Below are positions 39,494 through 52,345 of a stretch of 64,000 bases of DNA, piece after piece. Both the position numbers and the translations under genes were made by a program. A model generated the notes under the pieces. It saw nothing but the letters and a program-made list of their open reading frames with translations. It ran no database searches and was not told the origin of the DNA. Numbering within the stretch: position 1 is the stretch's first letter; each line of letters starts with the position of its first letter. The DNA is from Spizellomyces punctatus DAOM BR117 (Eukaryota). The stretch lies in NCBI GenBank assembly GCA_000182565.2, contig KQ257450.1. The stretch is one strand, 5' to 3'.

Positions 39494-40849
39494 TTATAGG
39501 TCGATTGTTTCATGAACACTATAAGTGGCCTTCAGTTCGGTCTGTTTCGCTGCTTTATCTTGGCCGACTACTGAGTTCCTTCTTTTCCACTTGATGCCCA
39601 GAATATTGTACGCAGCGCTCTTCCACTTGGCGTCCAAGGTGATGAAGAGGAGCGGATTACATGCTGAGCTGTGAAAACCAATAGCAGTCAATTGCAACTT
39701 GTTGCTGATAGTCACCATACAGCATGTTTCCTTACTTTAAATAGCAGCCTAATATTGAGAGCTGGCACAACCGCTTCTCTGCTTGGCGCCCTGCTGTTAA
39801 CTCCCACATAAACTGCACGTCGTACAGCAACCAATTGACAACAAATACGAGCACGAGTATGGCTGCTTTGCGGGCAATCCGCGCTTCCAGAACTTGTGCC
39901 AATCGTTCTTTCGGGTCAACATCATTGGAATGAGGGCCTTCCCGAGCCGCCCAACAGCGTGTGTTTTCTCGAGCAGTACGCAGGATGTGGTAATACATGA
40001 CGGCAAAGAACTTCATCGGCAGGGAGACAGTCATCAGGCAGAGAATGGAGAAGATGATAGCAGTCGGCTTCCGGTTTGACCAGTCTCCTACATTCATCGA
40101 TGCGGGCGTGAGTGAGAGCCATAGAGAGACCATGCAATACCAACGTACAACCTCCGCAATATATCCCAGAAGACTGTAAATAGTATCAAAAGCGTGGTAA
40201 GCCTTCGCTCAACAGCCCCAAAACCTTCGCAAGCATACCGAAAGAACATAACGGTCTCCAAACCAGTATGGAAAGGAGCTAAGACATATGCAGTAGCACC
40301 AGGCACAGCTTACAGCCAGAAGCGCTTTCCGTGCGGTCATGGGCGTATGCTTGACGATAACGAGGTAGCGCTCATAGCCTACTATTGCTAATGATGGTTT
40401 CAAAAGAATTGCTCAATAGTCCGACTCTCTTGATGTTGTGGCCTTACCAAGACCTACTAAACTTCCTCCACAAAACAGAATGTTGATAAGTCCGTTGATA
40501 TGACATCCAACATATCCCAGGGCCCATTTTTCAGAAGCCACGTTCGCCCACAGTATAATTGCACTGAAAAGCGAAAGACCAAGATCGTTGACGCTCAAAT
40601 TTAGAACAAGAGCGTTCTGCGCATCAGTGTTAGAAGAGATATGATTAATTTAGACGCTGACAAGTACATGTAACTTGATAAACTACGTACAGTGACCGTC
40701 CTCAGCTTATTATTCGTGATAAAGAGCAGAACCACGAAGGCATTTCCAACGACCCCAATTGTGCAGATCACCGCACATACTGCGGACAGTGATATAAGGT
40801 CGGCTTCCAGTATATAGGATGCTGCTAAATCAACTTCACGCAACTCCAT
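39494..40849 (-). CDS. Rhodopsin-like (class A) GPCR, opsin-related
   Basis: TM1 GVVGNAFVV, KLRTVTNALVLNLSVNDL, WALGYVGCHING, ERY, TM4 AW, ECL2 RYVLSSSGIYCGGDW, TM6 FVVNWLLY, TM7 YLNSACNPLLF. Confidence 0.9.
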
Positions 40850-41282
40850 GGCGGAGCCAGGCAAGTGACGTAGCAGGAATCCAAGGTGCACGCTTTTCGG
40901 CTGTGTATTTGGGGCATCTTCGTCTTTCCTCCGAAGTCCCGAGGTTAAGGAAGGGGTACCGCATCCTTGTTCATCGAATCTTCCATCCTTCTTCCTTCGC
41001 CTCTATACCTGTTACACGCCAATCAGAGTTCCCGGTATCCCTACGATGAACAATACTAATATTACGTGAATGTCTCTGGTATATGCGTAATCTGAATCAC
41101 CCATGGGTTGTACAGGGTCCAGCGTTGTGGATTCAACGGGCTTTGGCTCTATGTTTCTGTGAAAAAAGCTTTAAATGCAAAATGCTTTTCATGGGAAACA
41201 TGTCTTTTATTCAACTGTTACCGGTTAGCTAGGCATAATAGACACAAATCTGAATAGGCATCTGGAATGCCATAATCATTTG

Positions 41283-41852
41283 CTACAAGACTTTGAAGCC
41301 AAACTGTAGACCCACTGATCGGTAAGTACGCTCCTGATCAAAGTGGCGATCAGCAGGATGACCGATTCCAATACTCAGGCCGACGCTGAGCAGCAAGGGC
41401 AAGCCAATGATGTTGACTTGCGCATGATTTTCCGGCACCTGCTCAATCTTAACCTTGACTTGCCGCTCGAGGTGGTCAATGTCCATGTAACTAAACCCCA
41501 ATTCATCGTCTTGTATACGACCGTGTTCGGTCAGCAACTGTTCAAGACCCTTGTTCACATAAATTCCGCACGAAGCACCAGTGTCCAGAATGAATGTTGC
41601 TGATGTAAATGTGTCCCCATTCAAGCGAATGGGCAACCGAGCAAACAAGCGATGATATTCATCCAAAGCATAATAGAAGATGTCTGGTTCAATTTTGGTA
41701 CTAGCTTCGACCAAATCATCCGGATGACCAAAGTTAGCGCGGTAAGAAGGAGGATAGTCTTCCTTGCTGACGAGGACACTTGGTGCCAATGGCTTTATTA
41801 CATCGATGGGCATTTTATGCGGGTGCTGATGATGGTGGGAGACGTATTGCAT
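41283..41852 (-). CDS. Intronless retropepsin-like aspartic protease-fold protein
   Basis: FILDTGAS catalytic motif and downstream NIIGL motif typical of single-lobe clan AA proteases. Confidence 0.65.
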   Translation of the reverse strand: MQYVSHHHQHPHKMPIDVIKPLAPSVLVSKEDYPPSYRANFGHPDDLVEASTKIEPDIFYYALDEYHRLFARLPIRLNGDTFTSATFILDTGASCGIYVNKGLEQLLTEHGRIQDDELGFSYMDIDHLERQVKVKIEQVPENHAQVNIIGLPLLLSVGLSIGIGHPADRHFDQERTYRSVGLQFGFKVL

Positions 41853-42243
41853 GTATTTATAAAAGATGTTTGGGCAGTTTACACCTTTCTAAACAAAGAA
41901 AGGGGGACGACCCAAAACCAACAACTCCGCAGTGTACGTAATCAAAGCTTAGCTACCCGCCGCCTCATTTTTCCTAAAATAGCAAATGAGATCACGTGGA
42001 GTCAAGTCAGCCGCTTCGAAAGTCTTGAGTCGCAAGTTGGTCGTTGCTTTGTCACAGCTGGATTCCCCGTTTTTTGCTTCTCCGCCCAGGCTTCCCGCCA
42101 TCTCCGACACCGTTTTCCAATCCTTTTTTTTCCTTTCTTTCCGTGTGGCCCTCAGTTTGTAAATACTCGCAACCTCACGCGACCAACTCGTTCTTGTAGC
42201 TGGTACGGGCGCTTGCATCGTTTATTGGAAACACTCAACAAGC

Positions 42244-44340
<2,097 letters not shown>

Positions 44341-45578
44341 GTAGGGGTTTTAAGTGGGACAATTTGTATATGTATTGATCTGTGTTTACTGATCGGGCTA
44401 TTTTATTATGAATCTCATTTATTCACTCAAATGTCCCAACTTTTGTTTTTGGCACTCGAATATTGGCCCTTGCGGTGGGGATGATTGGAAATGATGCTGA
44501 TTGTTGCGCTTTTCATCCAGACATCCAAACAACGCAAGACGTTGACATAGTGTGGAGGTGATTGAACATGGCACTAGGACCCAGTATTATTTGGATCCAT
44601 CCGGTTAACCATCTCGCATAATCAGCACCCCCATCTATTGCTCAAAGCGGTGTGGCATGCATGTAATGTTTTTTTTTTAAACTGCAGTGAGGCGCATGCT
44701 GAAGGTCTATAAAAGGGGAGCCTTTGCTCTCTCTCCCCTTCCTCACCAGTTCCTCGACTCACAAGCATCTGCCCAACTCTCATCAATCATGAGAACGCCG
44801 ATGTGGTGGTGTCGAGGACCTTGACTGCCCGACAGCAACCGTGATCAGAACCAGCGGCAACCAATCGGATCCAATAACAAAACCTACTATTATGCTGCCA
44901 CATTAGTTGAGCTTGGTTGGTATGTATCAATGGCATTTCTTGCATTTCTTGTCATCGGGTCATCTTCTGACATGCAGTTTTTAGTCTCCAAGCCTTGTCA
45001 CTGAAGATCCTCCAGCTTGCGAGTCTCCCCAATGTTGCGAAGACTCTGGCTTCAATGCCATCAAGAGTTCTGGATCAAGGCCTAGTAGGGACCGCGTGTG
45101 GTGGTGGGCAATTATCCGGTTAGAACCAACCGTTACGTATTGCGTGTATAATTGCCTAGTAGTAGCTTAGTTTGCTTTTCCGAACCAGTTATCGCTGGTT
45201 TATTCCCTGGTGTAGTAGCTAGTGCCAGTTTCTGTCACCTCTACACTAAATATCGCATCTATCAAATGAAACATGCCGGTGGGCAGCCGGTACATTTCTC
45301 ACTTTCAAAAAAGTACAGAAGACGCAAGATATTCCCAAGTTGCAAACAGATTCAGTAATCATGCATCCAAAAGAACACACATGCTGAGCCTGGATCGAGT
45401 TGGGGTAAGGGGCCATTGAGCCTTGGAATTGGTTACAATTCGTGATTGGACATTGATTGCCCTCGATGGTCCTCAAATCCTCATTATATCGATTTTTAAA
45501 AAGTTTTATTAGGTCGATCAGAGTAGAGGGTGAAAGATACAGTTTTGCATTCTCCAGATAAACAGGTCATGGAGAGTT

Positions 45579-46015
45579 CTACTGTTGGTAACTCCACACA
45601 CTAGCAACAGCGCATTTAATAAACAAATCGCACCTAAAAAGTCAATCCTGACTTACCCCTTGAGGTACCCGTCAGTGGTCGCCAATCGGTTGATGGAGTC
45701 ATCAGATTCACCCATGGATCGGACGAAACCAGACAGGGCGTAGGTATGGAAAGTACCCGCCAGACGTCCAGAAGCATCTACATCAGCCACGTTGATTTGA
45801 ACCGATGCGTGGTCCTTGGCGGTAATGAGACGTCCGGTTGCAGAGCATTTGCGAGGAATGTAGAGGTCGACGACCTAGTTGCAAATGTCAATATAAACTT
45901 GCGTTGTCCCGTCCATGTGCTGCTGGCACCGCACTCAAAAGTCCCCTTGCCCTCCCCTCGCCCTCCCCCACTGCATCCCCGACGCCCTACACACCTGACC
46001 CTTCTCGTTCTCCAT
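45579..46015 (-). CDS. RPS21: 40S ribosomal protein eS21
   Basis: [40 protein letters not shown]...[21 protein letters not shown]...LKG|VWSYQQ*. Confidence 0.97.
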
Positions 46016-46339
46016 GTTTGATACAACGAGGGTGCTGGAACGAAGCGGGAAGGGATCGTTCAGGTATTGCCGAAAATGAAAATGTCCAAAAGATCTCGAA
46101 CTAGCAAACTTCAAAAAGAAGTTGATCACGTGATCGAGACGTCATGTGGTTGCCATCATCCGCCATCGGTCCCATTTCCAAGACGTTTTAAAAAAACCTC
46201 ATTTTGAAAGTTGCTGGTTAACATCTCGGAAATTTCCATTGTAGAGCTTCCTACAGCCCCACTAAACAGTTTTGCAAAACGGGCCCGCTATCAACCGAGT
46301 TTCAATCCCATCGATTTTGAAAATCTGTAGGCTTTTCCT

Positions 46340-47986
46340 ATGGAGGGAACCGGGTTTCGGGACGATTCCTCCAGAACTTTTGATTCTGGCTCAAGCACTT
46401 GGCCCAGCCATGGCCATTCTCACCATTCCCATCATTCCTCGTCTTCCTTTGTACCGGGCCTGTTGCTTGGTGCTCTAGGAGGGGCTTTTGGTGCATCATG
46501 GTGGCGATCTAACAATCCCGCAGTCCCTCCTCCATCTGGATACTTTCCACAACATCCACAACAACCTTTATTCCCAAACGACGGTCGAACGTATTATCCT
46601 GCCCCGTCTCCTGTTAGACCTCAGCCCCAGCATCCTTACTACCCGCAATACTCCCCCGTCCCGCCCCGTCCGTCCACGCCCCAAAATGTGCCCTTTTTGC
46701 CAGACCCCGTCTTTGTCATGCCTGGTCCCCCGCCGACACCGGCAAGAAAAAGGGCCTGCAGTCTATCATGTTGTCTATGTATTCTTTTGGTAATTGCCAT
46801 TGTGATTGCTGCTATGCTTGTCCCAAAACCTGGAGCCCATGACGTAAAAGTAGTGGTGAGTGTGAGACTTTTTGGCATAGCACCTGGGAAAGCTTGTGTT
46901 GACGTGTCGTGTGCATTTCCAGGTTGGAGACCGAAAATTGGTGTCAGTAGATTCGAAATGGTTCAAGGAGGTTGAAGTGGCAGGAGCTTCGCAAGTTGAT
47001 GTTTATCTGTTCAACCAAGTCCCGCCTCTTGACGACGTTGTTCAGATGTCCAAGAATATCAGTGTCAACTTGGAGCGAGGTGGGCTATTTTGCAGACAAT
47101 TGCAGCATATTATTCGATATTCACACGGGATGCTGTTTATTTTTCAGGTTCTTACCACTTTGTGAGATATGACGTGCACCCCGGTTCGACAGTCCATGTA
47201 ACCTGGGATTTCAATAGGTATGCTCTCCTACATCACGCTATAGACAACCTTGTATGACAACTGAGAAATGATCTTTCCGTCTTCAGTTATAATGTACATC
47301 CGACGTTTGCTATTTTGGAATCCGAAGCTGCATTCCACGCGTGGAAGGCCAATGCATACATTCCTCCCCAATGGTGGCTGCATGATCAAAACACACCAAA
47401 GGGCACCTATACCTTTACCGCTCCCGATAATTCAGAGTATTATTTTATATTTTACTCCCCCAGTCGGCGAGCGTACGCAAAAGGCTCAGCGTCCTTTCAA
47501 GTGAAGGCCATCACCTACTCCATCACCAATCCAGCTGCTCATTGTCCGGCCGGATCGAACGATATCTGCTCCTTTACATTATTCCCAGGACGCGAAGCTG
47601 ATATCCTGTTTGTAGCCCCAACCGACGGTGATTCGTACACGATGACATACAAGACCAAACCACGAAGAGAAGCGTACGCAGCTCTGTTTGCGTCCTTGTC
47701 AAGTGCAGTTGGCGTCTGCCTTGGTGTAGCCCTTATTGCCTGGTGTGGTCAAAAATGCTGTGGAATGATTTGTGGGAGGAAAGAACGACGAGGATATGAA
47801 CCTATACCGGATGGGCAGGGTGAAGAGGAACGGAGAGCAGGACAGAGCTCTTCCCGGAATCAAGGGCCGCATACTCCCCCGCAGATACCTCCATTCAACC
47901 CGGCAGTGTCGGGGAGATACGGAGATGGTAGACAAGAGCCATCTGCTCCTCCGCCGTACTCTGTTATGGATCCCAATGTGTTATAA
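46340..47986 (+). CDS. Hypothetical membrane protein with Pro-rich N-terminus, two Cys-flanked TM helices and C-terminal PPxY
   Basis: TM CILLVIAIVIAAMLV and TM ALFASLSSAVGVCLGVALIAW flank a beta-rich luminal region; ends APPPYSVMDPNVL; three introns. Confidence 0.75.
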
Positions 47987-48235
47987 GAGGCTTACATAGT
48001 AGAGAACCGAGTTATGTATACTAGCATTGAGTATGGTGCATATTTTTAGGATATTGTTTGCGATGAAGTAATAGATTATGCTACTGAGCTGGAAAATTAC
48101 TGCCTGCACAGAACCATAGTTTCTTTCGGTAAAGTTGGGCCACTTGTTGATGATCAAAAAAAAAGACCGACTATATATACAGTCTATCACATTCACTATG
48201 AACAGCTACTATTCACACCTTTTCTATTCATATAT

Positions 48236-49335
48236 TTACGCCTTGAAGCCGTGTGCTTCCTTAGGGTAAGTCGGCCCGCTGCGCTGAATGACAACATTCG
48301 CCACGTAATGACCAGCAGCTACGCAAGTGTCAAGTGGCTTGCCCTGGACGAACTGGGACATGAATCCACCGACAAACGCGTCACCAGCACCATTGGTATC
48401 CACGATAGCCTCGGGTTGAATCTTGATGATGGGGTACTCTTTTACGGTTCCTTCGCTGACCAGAATGGTTTGCTCGGCTCCTTGGGTGAAGACGACTGTA
48501 CGGGAACGGGATGAGTTGACTTTGGGGAGGGCAGCAATCTTGAGGGCAATTTCCTTCACGTCTTTAGTTCCCCAGTTGTGAGCTTCGGCGTATGCCTCCG
48601 CTTCGGATTCATTGCCTAATATGATTCGTCGAGTTAGTTATTTGCACAGTCAATGCCAAAGTGTCCTTCTGCTGCGACTTTACCAAAAAGTATGTCAACG
48701 TAAGGAAGGAGCTCGTCCAATGGCTTAGTGAAGAATTGGGAAATGAAGGGAGCGGACAGGTTCATGGTGAACACCTTGTTGTTCTTGGCGGCATGCTCAC
48801 CAATGAGAAGAGCTGCCGGAGGAGACACAGTCAAGAAGAAACCTCCAGTGTAAAAGAACTTTGCATTCTCGACCAGACTCCAAATCTCTGGCTTTTGGAG
48901 GTGTTCAACCTTGTAGTTGTTGGCTGCCAACAAGTCAGTGCACAAGCTACGGTGGGTACCGGTGATCAGCACTGCGCAGAGACCAGTGGGGGTGTCGGGG
49001 TCCTCGAGATACTCGGTTCTCAATCCATCCTTGGCGGCAGCGTCACGGAGGATCTTGGCATTGGCATCACGGCCAACACATCCAATATATACCGTTTGCT
49101 TGGGGGGAAGCAACCATTGTGCACCACGCAACGCGTTCTGAGCCGCACCACCAGCAACGTATTCGACCTGGTAGGTGTCTACGAGTTCCTTGTAAAGAGG
49201 TTTGTGCTCGTCTGCGGCCAAGATGGCGTCGTTGGCCTTGAGGTTGTACTTTGTCAACAGCGACGGGTCGACGCGGGCCGAAATGTCGAGCAAGGGGTTT
49301 TCAATACCCAGGAAAACGTACTCTGAGGACGACAT
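48236..49335 (-). CDS. ADO1: Adenosine kinase (PfkB family)
   Basis: ENPLLDISA, AGGAAQN, PTGLCAVLIT, RSLCTDLLAAN, GFFLTVSP, NLSAPFI, ILFG|NESEA, DTNGAGDAFVGGF. Confidence 0.97.
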
Positions 49336-49656
49336 GTCGAGTGGATGCGGTGCCGGTTGCGGGATGGGATGACGACGACGAAAAGCCAAATGCAACGGAA
49401 GACCCAGCTGAAGGCCAGTCTTTGGGGCAAAACGGAGCGGATGGGAACGTGACATCACGTGCGTCATTTACTTGTTGCTATGCCAACACCGCAGAAAAAC
49501 GCTGTTGGGAAATGCGCAACTTGCCTGCAAGTGTCATTGTAAAGAAATAGAAAACGGAACTTGTGAACGGTCTTTCCGCCCATCTCCTTACTGGCCAGTT
49601 TTCCATTTCTTCCGGAATACCGTTTACTGTTTTTAATAGATCTTCTCTAAACTATA

Positions 49657-50964
49657 ATGTCGAGCGGAAAGTCAGTTCAAGAGTCTGGCGACGAATCTGG
49701 CCCAGAAACCCTCTCTGCTCCAAACCTCGGCAATGACCCTGTTGAGGAACTTGAAGAAACCGGAGATGTCTACCGTGCCACATTCACCCCAGCTGCTGCT
49801 GCAGCCATTGACGAACGACAAGCCCGTCTTCAGTGCCGCATGTACGAACAAAAGTTTCCCGAAGTGGACCAACTCGTCATGGTTAATGTACGACAAATCG
49901 CTGAAATGGGAGCTTATGTACATCTTCTCGAATACAACAACATTGAGGGAATGATCTTGTTGAGCGAGTTGTCTAGGAGACGTATTCGGTCTATTCAGAA
50001 GCTTATTCGGGTGGGGAGGAACGAGGTGGTGGTGGTGCTCAGGGTGGACAAGGAGAAGGGATATATCGACTTGTCCAAGCGTCGTGTGTCGGCTGAAGAT
50101 GTCGCCAAGTGTGAGGAAAAGTTTAACAAATCCAAGGCGGTACATAGTATTATGCGGCACGTTGCGGAAAAGTTGAACTGGAGTTTGGAGGAGCTCTACG
50201 AGAAGTTTGGGTGGCCACTCTATAGAAAGTATGGCCACGCATACGAGGCTTTCAAGTTGGCAATCGCGTAAGTTCAAGGCTTGTTGGGTGTTGAGGTCGA
50301 ATGGATGTTTATGGCATGCTTGCTTTCAGTGAACCAGAAACGGTCTTTGAGGGGTTGGAAATGCCAGAAGATGTAAAGAAGGAGCTTCATAGCAACATTC
50401 GGCGACGATTGACACCACAACCAGTCAAGATCCGAGCTGGTAAGCATTGCGGAATTCATTTCCTTTGTTAAAACAATGTCGTTGAACAAGTCTCCCTGTC
50501 GCAGATATTGAAGTTACATGCTTTGGATACGAGGGAATAGATGCTATCAAAACCGCCTTGCAAGCCGGTGAGGCATGTTCCACAGAAGATGTACCAATCA
50601 AGGTGCGTTGTTTTGCTCTGTCTCGGTGTTGTGTCGCTGAAGCCATGCTCACCAATGCGATTTTCTGGTGTAGGTCAAACTGGTCGCGCCACCAATGTAC
50701 GTTGTGATGACAAACTCACTTGAGAAGAGCGGGGGTATCGAAATCATGGAAAAAGCCATTGCCACGATCGAAGAAACGATAAAAAAGCAGTCTGGGCATC
50801 TGACAGTGAAGATGAAACCGAGAGTCGTTAGTGCGACGGATGATCTTGAGCTTGCACAGCTTATGGCACGAGTGGAGCGGGAAAATGCAGAGGTTTCTGG
50901 TGATGAGGAGGAGAGTGATGCTGAGGGAGCAGTGCCTGCTCCGGAAGAGGCAGATGATGAATAG
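49657..50964 (+). CDS. SUI2: Translation initiation factor eIF2 alpha
   Basis: [35 protein letters not shown] (Ser51 site), [34 protein letters not shown]; three introns. Confidence 0.98.
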
Positions 50965-51193
50965 GGGAATTGATGGGGTTGCGGGCGCATGTTTGGGATT
51001 ATTTTTTTTGTCCTGGAAAATGCGTTTATTTTTGTATGACAGCATGTGGAAAACTGTCGATATTTCTCCGCATTCTGAATCAATGTATATTATACCTTCA
51101 TGGCATTGTGTGATGTTTTTGCACGGTGATGGTTTATAATGTCCTTTCTTGATAATGTACAGTTTCATGTGTCAACCCAGAGGCCGTTTTTCC

Positions 51194-52009
51194 TCACGCC
51201 TTTTCCACCTTGCCCACCAATTCCGTGACACCCACAGGCTCAGATGCCTTTTCATCGTACTCTGCCCATTCTTCTCCTTCACCCAATGGGATATCTGTAA
51301 AAGGTGTCTCTGACTCGGCGCCCTCAGCTTGCCACCCGTCCTAATAGAAAATGTTCATGCATTGTCAAAACACACCAGTGTCATCAACGAAAAGCTATGC
51401 AACCTACCGCCGGTGCCCATTCAAACGGCTCCAACCCCCGACACTCGATCTGCACCAACGGCGCAAACCGCCCACTTGATTCCAACGTGTAGGGTTCAAG
51501 TGTATCTACCAACACATCTGTACCAATCTTGGTCAACAACATCCCACAAGCGTACGGCTCAAAACCAACAAGAAAAATACACACTTGCAGTCCCTTCATT
51601 TTTACACGACTTGCATCTCATAACAAGGTTGGCGACACCTCTTGTATTTGATTGTTCAACCTCTTCCTATTCGAGTGTGAGTTTTATGTTGAGTGTGTGG
51701 GGATGAGAGGAGACGTACCGACGCGTTGACGGTGACCCATCCGGCATGTTCTTCTTGGCATTTCGTGCAACGAAACTAGTTGGGGGCAGTGAGGATCGTG
51801 TTTGTGTAGTAAAGGGAATAAACAGTGGGGGGAGAGGGGGATTTACCTTGAATTTCCAGTCGTACTCGTTGATATCTTGGGGACGGAGATGGGTGACGTT
51901 TTCTAGGTCGGCTTTTATGAAAATCTTGAATTTCTAGTAATGACACATTGTTATGAATAAAACGGATGCTACCAACTGCGAAGAACTCATACAAAACGCT
52001 TACCGGCAT
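51194..52009 (-). CDS. CZIB: CXXC zinc-binding protein (C1orf123/DUF866 family)
   Basis: Six-exon splice: MP|KFKIFIKADLENVTHLRP...FK|FRCTKCQEEH...|...RGVANLVMRCKSCK...|...QIECRGLEPFEW|...EWAEYDEKASEPVGVTE. Confidence 0.92.
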
Positions 52010-52345
52010 GATAAAAAACAAAATGTGAGATGTTAAAAGATAATCTCGGAAACAAGAAAGTCGCTTCCAAAAGCCCAAACGATGAGAGTCACGTGTTGTG
52101 GGGGAGATTCCTTCCTTTCGTTGAGGACAGACCCTCAAGAGAAGAACGAGCTTTTTACATCTTTTATAAAAATAGCAACGACGAAGCGATCCGCGACACT
52201 ACCGCGACACACTCTACATCGTCATTCCGACGTATGCGATACATGGGTATGCTGATAAATGTCTGGGATAATAAAAAGGCACCTCTTTTCGTCCCCATCC
52301 CACCGTCCGACTGCCACATCACATGAACGAGATTACTTGACGAGC

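Noticed and set aside
39732-39740. Apparent TM7 lysine (GCYLK) in the GPCR ORF
   Set aside because: The K codon uses the intron's first G. Splicing gives Asn, and the register is wrong for Lys296.
51329-51706. 125-aa plus-strand ORF
   Set aside because: Antisense to CZIB exons.
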